A DNA stretch of 64,000 nucleotides from Octopus sinensis (Eukaryota). The stretch lies in NCBI RefSeq assembly GCF_006345805.1, contig NC_043024.1, positions 12,276,001 through 12,340,000 on the forward strand, read 5' to 3'. This document shows positions 1 through 11,884 of the stretch, piece by piece. A program made the position numbers and the translations under genes. How positions within the stretch are numbered: the first letter of the stretch is position 1; every line of letters begins with the position of its first letter. The notes beneath the pieces are model-generated. The model had not been told where the DNA came from, made no database searches, and saw only the letters and a program-made list of their open reading frames with translations.

Positions 1-884
1 ATCTTAATTCTAGCTTTTAGTAGTCTAGGAGAGGTTAGAAGGGTCAAGTGGTGAAGACATTATTTTGCTTAGCTAAGGCATCTGGCAAATGTAAACTGCT
101 GTCAGAAAAACTATTGTTTTACCGTGAGAAAAGTGCAGTTGAACTGTTAATTTAAATTTAGCTATCTAGGATTGAATTCACACTATACCTGCATGATTCA
201 CAACACACACACACACACACATATATACGTGAGTCAACTAAGAGTCCATAACTCGGAAAAGATGCGTTTGTGTAACTGTCAATGGAGTGGGTATATTATC
301 CAAAGTGTACAGTGTTATAAGTCCATCATGGCTGATCTTACCAATCGGTTTCATGCCAGGTGTACAATGGAGTGTTAGGTAACAATCCAATTATATAACC
401 TTTTGCTCATCTCATTTGAATCTAATTTACTCAACTCTCTTCTTTTATTCTGTTTCTCTTTCATTTCAGAACATCAGATGACATTGACAGAAGAGAATTC
501 TTAACATTACATTCATCATTGCTATTATCTTTTAATGATGAAGGCAAGATGTTATGCTGAACAAATATAATCCTGTTCACATAAATCCCTGGTGGATTAC
601 ACTGAATTATTTCTTCTGAGTGAGATTGAGAAAGAATTATCTCTGTTTCAATGTGTGGAACATGAAAGAGATGGTTTAGTTTTAATTCAATTTCTACAAA
701 TTTACAAAAGAATTTTCACCATCTTCAGATTATCAAGAAAAACCACAGAAGATGAAAATACTGCAGTAGAAACATATTTCTGATGATTAAACTATAGAGA
801 CAAAAACAAGAAAATATCTATTGTGACGAGAGAAGAAAAGTTCTACTGAAATGAATTGAAAATTCATTTTTCTTTCCTGAAGAG

Positions 885-2300
885 ATGTCAAAAGCGAAAG
901 GAATATTATTGTATGAATGTGACATCTGTAAAAAATCCTTCTCTCAAAAATGCAACCTCACAACTCACAAATATATTCATACAGGAGAAAAACGACATCA
1001 CTGTGATGTCTGTGGTAAATCGTTTTCACAAAATACTCACTTAACTAGACACAAACGTATTCATACAGGAGAGAAACCATATCACTGTGATATCTGTGGT
1101 AGATCATTCGCTGAAGGAAGCAACTTAGCTAAACATAAGTACATTCATACAGGAGAGAAATCACATCGTTGTGACATTTGTGGTAAAACATTCTCTCAGG
1201 CAGGTGCCTTAACTACACACAAACGTATTCATACAGGAGACAAACCATATAATTGTGAAGTCTGTGGTAAATCATTCTCTCGAAATAATACCTTGACTAT
1301 ACACAAATATATTCATACAGGACAGAAACCATATAAATGTGATATCTGTGGTAAATCATTCTCTCAAAGTGATACCTTAAATAAGCACAAATATATTCAT
1401 ACAGGTGAGAAACCATATCATTGTAAAATCTGTGGAGAATCATTCTCTCAATATAATCTCTTAAATCGACACAGAAGCATTCATACTGGCCAGAAACCAT
1501 ACGACTGTGATATTTGTGGTAAATCATTCCCTGAAGGAAGCAGCTTAGCTAAGCACATACTCATTCATACAGGAGAGAAACAATATCACTGTGATATCTG
1601 TGGGCAATCCTTTTCACAAAAACCTCACTTAAACAACCACAAGCGCATTCATACAGGAGAGAAACCGTATTGCTGTGATATCTGTGGCAAATCATTCTCT
1701 CATACAGGTAGCTTAACTACACACAAATACACACACACGGGAGAGAAACCATATCGTTGTGATGTCTGTGGTAAATCATTCTCTCAGAAAAGTAATCTAT
1801 CCACACACAAATATATTCATACTGGAGAGAAGCCATATCACTGTGATATCTGTGGTAAATCATTCTCTGGAGGAAGTACCTTAACAAACCACAAACGTAG
1901 TCATACAGGTGACAAACCATTTCATTGTGATATCTGTGGTAAATCATTCTCTAAAAATGATACTTTGACCAAACATATCCGCATTCATACAGGAGAGAAA
2001 CCATATCCGTGCGACGTCTGTGGCAAATCATTCTCAAAAAATAGTCATTTAACTAGACACAAACATACTCATACAAGAGAGAAACCATATCGCTCTGATA
2101 TCTATGGTAAATTATTCTCCAAAGAAGGCCACTTAACTAATCACAAACACATTCAAACTGAAGACAGACCATATCACTGTGGTATTTGTGGTAAATCATT
2201 CTCTGAACAAAGCAGCTTAACGAGGCATAAACGTATTTTTAGCAATAATAAATGCTGGACACCAATGTTTAACAAGACAAGTTTGGACGAAGAAGATTAA
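885..2300 (+). CDS. Tandem C2H2 (Kruppel-type) zinc-finger protein, 471 aa, 14 intact + 2 degenerate fingers
   Basis: Uninterrupted ORF of CxxC-x12-HxxxH units joined by TGEKPY linkers. Finger 15 has lost both Cys (YRSDIY) and finger 16 lacks the last His. A polypyrimidine-CAG acceptor near 450-469 suggests this is the terminal exon of a longer transcript. Confidence 0.95.
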   Translation: MSKAKGILLYECDICKKSFSQKCNLTTHKYIHTGEKRHHCDVCGKSFSQNTHLTRHKRIHTGEKPYHCDICGRSFAEGSNLAKHKYIHTGEKSHRCDICGKTFSQAGALTTHKRIHTGDKPYNCEVCGKSFSRNNTLTIHKYIHTGQKPYKCDICGKSFSQSDTLNKHKYIHTGEKPYHCKICGESFSQYNLLNRHRSIHTGQKPYDCDICGKSFPEGSSLAKHILIHTGEKQYHCDICGQSFSQKPHLNNHKRIHTGEKPYCCDICGKSFSHTGSLTTHKYTHTGEKPYRCDVCGKSFSQKSNLSTHKYIHTGEKPYHCDICGKSFSGGSTLTNHKRSHTGDKPFHCDICGKSFSKNDTLTKHIRIHTGEKPYPCDVCGKSFSKNSHLTRHKHTHTREKPYRSDIYGKLFSKEGHLTNHKHIQTEDRPYHCGICGKSFSEQSSLTRHKRIFSNNKCWTPMFNKTSLDEED

Positions 2301-2578
2301 CTTGAATGCATGTGGATAAGGACCAGAATAATGCTTTTCTACTCTTGGCACAAGTCAGTGGGGTATTAAACTGTAGTTATGCCTTTTTTCAGTAAAAGTT
2401 AACATTAACGGGGGAGGGGGATAGTCGACTACATTGACCACTGCTCAACTAGCACTTATGTGTGTGTATATATGTATAACATTCCATTTAGAGTCGTCAT
2501 CAAAAATGGCAGCAACTGAAAGATATATTCATATATTAATAGTTGAAAGTAAGATCCAGAATGATTTTCACATGTTTA

Positions 2579-2631
<53 letters not shown>

Positions 2632-3454
2632 TCATACATACATGCAATGAAAAGTAGGTCTGGTGTGATTGTTGAAATACTTGATTGGAGCCAGGCTTTG
2701 AATGATGACCAGAATGTAACTGGGAACTTGTCTCTCATGTCAGTTCACAGTGTCTACCTTTCCAGTCTCTGTTGTTGAAAAGCAGACAACCATTCCGAAG
2801 TGCATGCATCCCACAATCTGGTTTGCGAGCAGTTTGAGCTGATTCTGTATTTACACCTATTTGTCTACTTCCAGAAATTTTCTCTTATGACAAAATACAG
2901 TGAATGATGGAATATGTCTCATGTATATTTGAACTGATAACAAGTTTGTATCCCTACATAACACAGCTTAATGCTGTCACTGCATTTCTTTTCATTTCCA
3001 GTGGGCCACAGTCATTGAATGGTGACGGGAATATCATAAGGGTGACCTGTCTCGCATGGGAGTTTGCAGCATCTGCCTTTCTGGTCTCTGTTGTTGAATG
3101 GGAGATAACCACCCCAAAAAGCATGCATTCAACAATGTAGTTAAGGGTCACTGTGAGCTGACTCGGTGTATTTACATCTATTTGCCTAACATGAGAAATT
3201 TTCTCCATGACAAAATACGGTGAATGGGTTTCTTATGGGTTCAAATTTGCTACAAAAGTTTGTTTTAGTGTGCGTATGTGCAGTTTACTTCACAACAACA
3301 TTAGCAGATGCAGTCTTAATAAAAGAAGGCAGAGATTAGTATTATCATAGATAATAGTATTAGTAATAATGAAGAATTATTAGATATACATCTTTTCAGT
3401 GTTTCTCAAACTTTATTCTGCATTCCACATCAACATCTGTTCACTGTCCTCCCT

Positions 3455-3665
3455 CCGTGATTTATTCTTTTACTTGTTTCAGTCATGTGGCTGTGGCCAT
3501 CCTGGAGCACCGTCCTAAAGGGTTTTTTAGTCAAAGAAATCAACTCCAGGACTTATTCTTTGTAAACCTAGTACTTATTCTATCAGTGTCTTTTGCTGAA
3601 CTGCTAAGTTACGGGTACATAAACACACCAACATCGGTTGTCAAGCATTGGTTGGGAACAAAGAC
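3455..3665. mobile_element. Dispersed SINE-like repeat (related copies at 18912-19092 in the opposite orientation and at 59955-60075)
   Basis: Shared core tttcagtcatgtg(g/a)ctg...ggagcacc...ccaggacttattcttt...cctagtac...tctatcag in three places. Confidence 0.75.
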
Positions 3666-4187
3666 ACACATAAATATTTACATATATATCATCATCATCG
3701 TTTAACGTCTGCTTTCCATGCTAGCATGGGTAGGCTTCTTTCAGTTTCAGTCAGCCAATCCACTCACAAGGCTTTGGTCAACCCAAGGCTATAGTTAAAG
3801 ACACTTGCCTACGGTGCCACACAGTCGTCTTTACAACCCAATTTAATAGTTGCATCCTTAAGAATTAACATAAAGAATAAAATAAATTGAGCTAAAATAG
3901 TGCGATTAATGATAGATAAGTTTGCAGCTTCAAAAGATTGGGAACACTTTTACCACCGATCTTATAGTTTTGCTTTTCATTTTGATGCTTAACAATTTTG
4001 CTTTTTTACGCTGCTGTTATTTTACTGATGTCTTCTGCTGTCTCGGCAATCCTTCCTTAACAAATGGTGAAAATTAAGTCACACACTCCATCGTCTTTCC
4101 AGTTCATGTTTGATCATTTCCTCAGCCTACACCCGAGCATCAGAAATACAATAGAATTTTAGGCAATAGGGCAATTCGGTACAAGTA

Positions 4188-5344
4188 TTAGGTTGTTTCA
4201 CATGAAATGTCGCATTTTTAATTACTTGTTATTTCAGTCATTTAAAAACTCAGTTATATATAATTTGCATTTAATTTTGACTCGTTTTCTTTCCCAATAA
4301 TATTGATATACAAAATTCGTACCCACAGACCTTATGAAAACGGTAACAACCAAACTATGTTGAGTGATTTTCTCGTATGAGTAGAAAGTGGGTCACTCTG
4401 CTGCAGAAGCTCTACGGAATATCAAGTGGGCCTTTGGTAACTGTTTAGAGATAGTTCCAAAGCTCTCATTCATGAGATGATAGCCTTGAAAATAAACCAA
4501 GGTGTAGGCCAAAATCAGTTATTTGGCATTGAATGCCCTGGTTGAACAAAATCCAGGAACAAAAGTTGGAAAACTTTCATCAGAACTCCAAACATCTCAC
4601 ACAACTGTTTTTGGACACCTGTAAAAAAATTGGAAAATGGATGGGTGTGTTCCTCATCAACTGAACAAGATTAAAAAAAACAGATCCCTCGAAGTGTGCT
4701 CTTTATTGCTTTCTCGACTGGAGAAAGACCATTTTTGCATCAAATTATTAGATATGATAAGAAATGGATACTCTTTGACAACAGCAGGAGAGGATAGTGA
4801 TTAGATGCAGGAAAATCACCTAACCATTACCCAAACCCACCATTGCATCATAAAAAGTTAGTGGTCACTGTTTTGTGGTCTGCGAAGGGAGGTATTCATT
4901 ATTCATTTTTCCAACAAGGACAAGTGGTAACAGCAACATCATATTGCCAGGAAATTGATTTTTTGCTTGAGAATTTGAAAAAGAAGCAACCCAGACCAGT
5001 GAATAGAGATGGATTAATTTTTAAAGCATGAATTATAAGATTTTGCAACATCCTCCCTATTCTCCTGATATCTCTCCTATTGATCATCACTTGTTTAAGC
5101 ATTTTGAGCTTCTCATAAGCAATAAACATTCTTAGATAGAGAAGAAGTAATTGAAGCATTGGACAGTTTATCACAGCCAAAGGATGAATTTTTTGTTGAA
5201 GATGGAATATACGACACAGAGAAACGTTGGGTAAATGTCGCAATTGAACATGGATCATACTTTGATTAAATAAATCAGTTTTCTAACATGTCTGAAACAT
5301 TTTATTGTTACCTTTCAAATACAACATTTCATATACCAGACTAA
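4188..5344 (+). mobile_element. Decayed mariner (DD34D) transposon
   Basis: Imperfect TIRs (ttaggttgtttcacatgaaatgtcg / caacatttcatataccagactaa). Remnant motifs VPHQL, DKKW, HKKLVVTVLWSAKGGIHY and HPPYSPDISPIDHHLF, with many stops and frameshifts. Confidence 0.85.
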
Positions 5345-5820
5345 ATGTTATGTCAATGGATTCTTCTCTTCTTCCGAGTTGCCATCTACAATATTTGTTG
5401 TAAAAATCTAGAAATTCTCTTGAAGCTGTCATTGTCCACTGACTACTTGAACATATTGTCCCATCTTCCTCCTAGACTCTCTCTATTAATAAGTATTATA
5501 TTTATATAAACATTTATATTGTATACATTACATATTCCGTACATGTCTTTAGGTGTATTTAATGAAACACAATCTGAAGAAATAAACCAGTTCTGTCTGA
5601 TATCTCAGTCATTTGTAATCTCCTCCATAAGGTTCAACGTTGAATGAAATCAGAATTAGCTGATCCTCTTGTATTTTCTTTTACTCTCAGACAGGAAATC
5701 TTCAACACCCCCTCATATGAGATAATGTGTGAGACCTCTACGTAATAGCTAGGACTGGTAGAAATAGCAACCAAAATTTACCTCAGATCACACCCTACTG
5801 TCTTATCTATAGATGTATGA

Positions 5821-6032
5821 CAGAGTGCTGAAAAGTCCCTGGCTTTAAGTGTATAGCAAAAGGGCTGGTTGCAGGCCCAATCTTCTGAGTTCTTTTACAG
5901 AGCTTAGAAAAACTGAAGGACCATTGCAATAAGTGTGTGAATCTGAGGGGAATATTTTTAGTAAAATCATACTTAACAGATCCTCCTGTATTTTCTTTTA
6001 CCCAACACCAGGAACTTTTCAACACACCCTCA
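5821..6032. mobile_element. Mariner-derived non-autonomous element (MITE)
   Basis: TIR-like ends gtgctgaaaagtccctgg / ccaggaacttttcaacac. The interior encodes a transposase C-terminal remnant (LKDHCNKCVNLRG). Confidence 0.6.
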
Positions 6033-6112
6033 TATATATGTATTTATTCACCATGTTGGACCACTTACTCTACATGTTTTTTTTTTCATTCTTTATATAT
6101 TCCTTCATATAA

Positions 6113-6233
6113 CTTTCTGTTGAAGAGCATAGGCTCAAAATGTAAAAGAATTTTTCCTAGTGTCAAACTAATACACTTGCTTGTTGTCCTACACCTGTCT
6201 TTGTCTTTTGTTTTTCTATGAAACTGAACTATG

Positions 6234-6282
<49 letters not shown>

Positions 6283-6714
6283 GGAGATTTCATGAAAAAA
6301 CAAAATACGAAGACAGGTGGTATAGAAAACAAACGTATTAGTATAACGCTCAGGAATTGAAAAAGTCTTTTACGTTTTGAGCCTACGCTCTTCTACAGAA
6401 AGAAACAAGGAGAGAAAAAACGTGTGTAGTGGCTACCGATCTATCATATATATATATATTGCTGCTTATATTAATTTTTTGTAGATGCATTAGCATTTCA
6501 CTAATACAACCATAAATTTTTATGGTATATATACGCCATGATAGATTGTTAGCCACTACACACATTTTTTTCTCTCCTTGTTTTCTGTGTCCCTTTCTGT
6601 AGAAGAGCATAGGCTCAAAACATAAGACTTTTTCTATTCCTGAGCGTTATACTAATACATCTGTTTGTTTTCTACACCACCTGTCTTCGTCTTTTGTTTT
6701 TTCGTAAACTCTCC

Positions 6715-6718
<4 letters not shown>
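6113..6718. mobile_element. Three copies (two in inverted orientation) of a short repeat carrying a degenerate minimal hammerhead-ribozyme motif, Penelope-type
   Basis: ctttCTG(tt/ta)GAaGAGC(a/g)tagGCTCaaaa(c/t)(g/a)TAa at 6113-6149 (+), 6365-6403 (-) and 6593-6630 (+). Arms 6286-6447 and 6540-6718 are inverted copies. Confidence 0.55.
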
Positions 6719-6758
<40 letters not shown>

Positions 6759-7199
6759 TTGACCGTTATCAGCAAATCGTTTGTGCAGCTCATTTGGCAA
6801 ATGCTAAACACTCATATGTCGTCTTCAACAGGAGAGTCTATTATGTGTGTGTGTGTGTGTAAAATGAGAGAGAGAGAGAGAGAAAGATACATACTTAAAC
6901 AGATACATCATCATCATTTAACATCCATTGTCCATGCTGGCATAGGTTGAATGGTTTGACCAGGACTGGTTAGCTGAGGGGTTGTGCCATTGGCATGGGT
7001 CCCAGTTACGTAACATTGACATTGGTCACATTGCCCCTATGAGGCCCAGCACTTGAATGGTGGTTTTTATGTGCCACCACCATGGGTACCAGTTACATGA
7101 CACCAGTATCGGCCACAACTACAATTTCACTTGGCTTCACGGGTCTTCTCAAGCACAGCTTATCACCAAACGTCTCGGTCACTAGTCATTGTGCCTTTG

Positions 7200-7350
7200 C
7201 ACACAGTCTTGAGTGTGAAACAGTTTTTGACCAAAAATGGCAAGACTAGGTTTACTCACCCTCTCTATTCCCCCAATCTTATTCAATGCAACTTTCTTTT
7301 TGTTCCTCTGAATGAAAAAAGTCCTTAAAGGAAAACGCTTTCCAGATATT
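7200..7350 (+). mobile_element. Mariner transposase 3' fragment
   Basis: HPLYSPNLIQCNFLF...LKGKRFPDI remnant. Confidence 0.6.
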
Positions 7351-7575
7351 ATGAGAAAGAGAGAGAGAGAAATAGTGTTCACATGTTTTATTGTTGCATG
7401 TTGTTTCTAATATGTATTCTTAGATTTGTCCAGTTTGTAGAAAAAAACCCAAAAATATGAGAGTTCTAATTCTGGCAGATTTGATATTGTTACGATGTAA
7501 ATGTTGATCTTTGTGTCTGATCAGGGATGGTGGTAACAAGATGTGATTAATAACAGGACAAAAAGAAACGGTTGA

Positions 7576-7751
7576 TCAATGTTTAATAATAATAATCTTT
7601 TTCTCAATTTGTTTCCTACACAAATGACACTTGTGAAGTCGTTCTCCACATTCTTTACAAGTGGTATGGCCACATTCAAAGACCATGTTCCAACGCCGCT
7701 CCATACATATTGTACATGTACACGTGGTTTGGTCGTCCGCTTGGGATCCAT
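7576..7751 (-). CDS. ANK-RING gene, terminal coding exon 9 (RING finger 2)
   Basis: atcatttcag|AT GGA; DGSQADDQTTCTCTICMERRWNMVFECGHTTCKECGERLHKCHLCRKQIEKKIIIIKH-stop (C3HC4 RING); TGA at 7578-7576. Confidence 0.9.
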
Positions 7752-7879
7752 CTGAAATGATAAATACACAATTGTTGGTGTTATTTAAGCAGGAAACTAT
7801 GAATCAGGAAATTATAAGCAAGAAATATTCTGTAGAAATATAGTAGAAATATAGCTGGAAGTTAAAAAGATGATGATCT

Positions 7880-8375
7880 ATATTTGGATGTCCTTCCCAT
7901 CATCAAAACTCACCCAGACTGAAGCAAGTTTTATCACAGAAAATCAAGATGTTTAGGAAAGAGCAGTAGGAATGGTTAAATGCAGTAAAGTGGATACACA
8001 GAGACTTGGGCTTTGAATGCAGAGGACATGCATGGACTAGAGAGAAATGAAGGCAGTATGCACCACCGGATGTGCATTAACGACAAAGCACAAATGTGTT
8101 GAGAGAAAAATTGGTCATAAGAGGAATCAAATACAGCATGCAAGAGAGGAGACTGCATTAGGTTAGACATGTGATGCGTATGAATGAAGACAGCTGTATG
8201 AAGAAGTGCTGTTCACTGAAAGTGGATGGCATCTGTGGAAGAGGGAGACCCAGGAAGACATGGGATGAAGTGGTAGGACTGATTTCAGGATGTTGTGACT
8301 CAGAGGAAAAAATACTGGACCAAGATGTCTGGGGATATGAAGTTCTGGAGAGGACCCACCCACATCAGAAGCACA
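7880..8375 (+). mobile_element. Decayed RTE LINE 3' ORF fragment (intron 8 of the ANK-RING gene)
   Basis: SCMKKCCSLKVDGICGRGRPRKTWDEVV matches the C-terminus of the RTE ORF ending at 39220. Confidence 0.8.
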
Positions 8376-8617
8376 CATAATACAACTAATTCCTCACAAT
8401 GAACTATAAAAAGTTGATGTTTACTAATAGAACCTGAGAAATTTATTGATATTTCAGTTAGTCATCATTTATTTTCCAGTATCATTCATTAGTAATGTTT
8501 AGTGGATGTACTATCACAGAGGAAAGACACCTGGGTCTACCCAACAATATGAAGTACATTATTCCACACTACAAAGTCAATGAGACAAACAGACAGGCCA
8601 TTAAATAATATCCTTAC

Positions 8618-8766
8618 CAAATCCACTCTTGCCAGCTACAGGTTGTCGACACTGGGGGCAGGTTTTACGCTTAATTTTGGAACAACATTCCTCACACATC
8701 ACAGTATGTTCACAGGGCTGGAATGTTACAGTGGCCTCTTTATCTTCACATATTAGACATGGTAAT
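8618..8766 (-). CDS. ANK-RING gene, coding exon 8 (RING finger 1)
   Basis: ttgttccatag|A TTA CCA; LPCLICEDKEATVTFQPCEHTVMCEECCSKIKRKTCPQCRQPVAGKSGF (C3HC4, MIB/IAP-type spacing); donor G|gtaagg; 149 nt, phase 2 to 1. Confidence 0.9.
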
Positions 8767-9163
8767 CTATGGAACAAAATACAAACACATCTCTGTAATA
8801 AAATTAATTTAACAATTTCAAAATGTCTTCATTCACTTCACCATTTAGAACTACATTCTCCTAGTGGTTAGAGATCTTTAAAATAGGGAATTAAGAGAGG
8901 TATTCTAGGGATAGACAGTGAGATACAAATGTCAACACAACCAATTATGTGAATGTATTCAAAATAGTGTTCTTTGTTTGATCACCAAACAACTGTATTT
9001 TCTGTTTATTGTTTTTTTCGCTATTGCTGTGCGTCTTTGGTCAAGAACAATAACAACAGTAGAATGTATTGGCAGAATTAAAACATAACAAACGTATAAA
9101 CAAGGATTATATACAGAATGGAAATTATATTGGATTATCCTGTCATTGCCAGTGAATACTTAC

Positions 9164-9342
9164 TGCGGTGGTGGGAAAAATGCTTGTATTTGCTCTTTTA
9201 AATGCAAATTCTTAATGAGGTCCAGTGGGGTCACATTCTCACTGTTTTTATGGTAAAAGTTGGCTCCCTGATAAGCAAGATAGCTAGCGACTACTGTACC
9301 AGAGAGCCTGTCTTTCTTACTCAAAGAGAATTTCAAGCAGAA
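9164..9342 (-). CDS. ANK-RING gene, coding exon 7 (degenerate ankyrin/linker)
   Basis: catcatttgtag|TTC TGC; FCLKFSLSKKDRLSGTVVASYLAYQGANFYHKNSENVTPLDLIKNLHLKEQIQAFFPPP; donor CA|gtaagt; 179 nt, phase 0 to 2. Confidence 0.85.
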
Positions 9343-9822
9343 CTACAAATGATGAAATATAAAATGAAGAGTTCAATATTACAAAAATATACATTATTGT
9401 AGCTCCGTTCTACTAAATCTAATTATAGTTTGCTGTGTATATCCACTGATTAAACTGATTATACAATATTGAGTTTCTACATTACCTCTAATTGAAGCCA
9501 TTTCCCATTTCCATTTATTTTTATTTTCAACATTTCTTATATTGAACAGAACAAACCTTACTGATTAACATAAAGTTTATTGATACTTAATGAGTTAATA
9601 TTTTCTTGTCAATCACAAATTTTACAAAATATTCAATAAATAATACAAAAACAAAATCATATCACCAAGTGACACATTGGAATTATAGTGGAACAGAAAT
9701 CACACAAAACACAAAACCTATCTATGCAACTGGCCAGAGCAAAAATGATACTTATGGATGTGTGTGTGTTTTGTTTTTGTCTTTCTGTCTCTGTGCTTCC
9801 TTGCATGCTTGTGTAGTTCATA

Positions 9823-10050
9823 ATCATCATCGTTTAACGTCCGTTTTCCATGCTAGCATGGGTTGGACGGTTCAACTGGGGTCTGGGAAGCCAGAAGGCT
9901 GTGCCAGGCCCAGTCTGATTTGGCAGTGTTTCTACAGCTTCCTAACGCCAACCATTCCGTGAGTGATTTTTACGTGCCACATGCACAGGTGCCAGACGAG
10001 GCTGGCAAACAGCCACAATCGGATGGTGCTTTTTATGTGCCACCGGCACA
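9823..10050 (-). mobile_element. RTE 3'-tail fragment or RTE-tailed SINE (related copies near 3690-3735, 6905-7200, 21245-21390, 21680-21800, 31860-32060)
   Basis: Reverse complement of the 41040-41262 RTE terminus (ccatgctagcatggaaaacggacg..aaatgatgat). Confidence 0.8.
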
Positions 10051-10149
10051 GATCAAAATCTGAAGTACAAGGAAACACACTTAGGACCTTGATTCATGGT
10101 ACTCACTTTCAAGTGTTCTGCCATTCAACATTGTGGATATATGTTGTGT

Positions 10150-11230
10150 ACAGGGCCTTGCTTGCAGATAAATTGAGACCAATTTTAAGCAGTTGACTTA
10201 GTGGGTTTAACATTTCATTTTTCGACCAAAACCTTGCTTGCTTGAAAATCTAATCCTCTTTATTTTTCAGGTAAGTAGCAAACTGTTTCAACAACATAAT
10301 CGTTCCACCATTGTTGTTTTGGTGCATGCTGGGAACATTGCCAATAAAATTATTGACAAAACTTCTAAAAGCAACAGTTTATTGTGTATATAAACAATTT
10401 AAAGAAGAGGCAAAGACTGATAAAGAAAAACACAAGACTCAAAATGATTCCAAGCATAAAGTTTCTCGCTGGTCTCAAACGCTTGACTGAAACCAACCCA
10501 TCCATATCCATGACAACTCTTGCAAAGAAACACTTGTCTCTTTCCACAGTATCCAGAGCTGTGAACAGGAACCATGGCATGACTCGCTATGTTTGATGCT
10601 GCCATCACCTCCTAACAGCCATGGGCAAAGCAATCAAAGCTGAGAGATGCTCAAAGCTTGTTATTCATCAAGCATCAAGGTGTTGGAAAAACTCTCAAGT
10701 TTGTGAACGAGAAGTTCCCTGTGGATGCTGAAGTGAATCACAGAAATTCTTGAGTGATTGCATACAACTGTGGCGAATGATGGAAGGGTCATGGATCCAC
10801 ACTTCATTGAAGTCTGACTTGAAGATCATTACAAAGGAGTATCTGGACACCCTGAAGACCTCTACGTTACTTTGAATGGAGCAGAAGTTTGGGTTTGACA
10901 ATGTGGTGCTTATCCAGGACTCTGCATGAGTCAAAAGCAACATAGGCCTTCCTTGGTGAGAAGGAGCCATTTTTTGTGAGGGCCAACATCTGGCCCAGTA
11001 AAAGCCCAGATCTCAACCTTCTCGATTACTTTTTATGGAGCGTACTTCAAGCAAGGAGCAGTGCTTCACCACAATCAAGTGTCAACAGTTTGAAGACCAG
11101 CATCGTGTGTGCGACACACAAAATCAAAAACACAGAGGTTGTGGCAGCTGCAAAAAAATTTTGTTCTTGTGTGGAGGCAACCATATTGAGCGGTAACTGT
11201 TTTTGTACATAATATAATTAGGGGTCTCAG
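10150..11230 (+). mobile_element. Decayed Tc1/mariner-superfamily transposon, maT/DD37D-like
   Basis: HTH remnant SMTTLAKKHLSLSTVSRAV; WPSKSPDLNLLDYFLWSVLQ catalytic-end motif; partial TIR tgagacc / ggtctca. Confidence 0.75.
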
Positions 11231-11333
11231 GAGAGACTGGATTACTAAATGGTAATGGAGGAGGGGTTGATGATGTCTGTCTGCTTCTCTCTCTCTCTCT
11301 CTCATATATTTGTAAGCAATTTTAAAAACTTAC

Positions 11334-11543
11334 CTCATCTAAAATATCTAAGTGTTCACCCTCAGAATGAAACACCTTTTTCTCCACAGCAAGATGCATA
11401 CAATTATTACCACCACCATCAACAGCATGTATGCTTGCTCTTTTGGAAATTAAGGTGTGGATCATTCCAAGATGCCCTCCGGAGACAGCTAGAAGCAATG
11501 GTGTCATTTTGTTACGATTCTTGAGATCCAGTTTCACCGAATC
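11334..11543 (-). CDS. ANK-RING gene, coding exon 6 (ankyrin repeats 9-10)
   Basis: cactaag|GAT TCG; DSVKLDLKNRNKMTPLLLAVSGGHLGMIHTLISKRASIHAVDGGGNNCMHLAVEKKVFHSEGEHLDILDE; donor GAG|gtaagt; 210 nt, phase 0 to 0. Confidence 0.9.
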
Positions 11544-11884
11544 CTTAGTGGGAGTAAAAACAGAAAAGAAAAATGTATATGGAAATTAGGGTTGATATCA
11601 ATGTGTCATTACTGACTTCCAACTCTAGCCCTGACTGACTATAAACATTTGATGTTTGCAAGTAGAGTCACCCTATAACATGCTATAGGTATGTGTTTGA
11701 GACATGATAGAACTATTGAGATGTTATTAACAGATTGTATACCAAGCCCAAACGTATTTGTTTGCACCACTTTCTCTCTCTCTCTCTCTTTCTATAATAT
11801 ATATTTATATACATATACCTGTGTGTATATACATATATACAATCACACACACACACATATATAGAACTGGAGAATTGCAATGCT

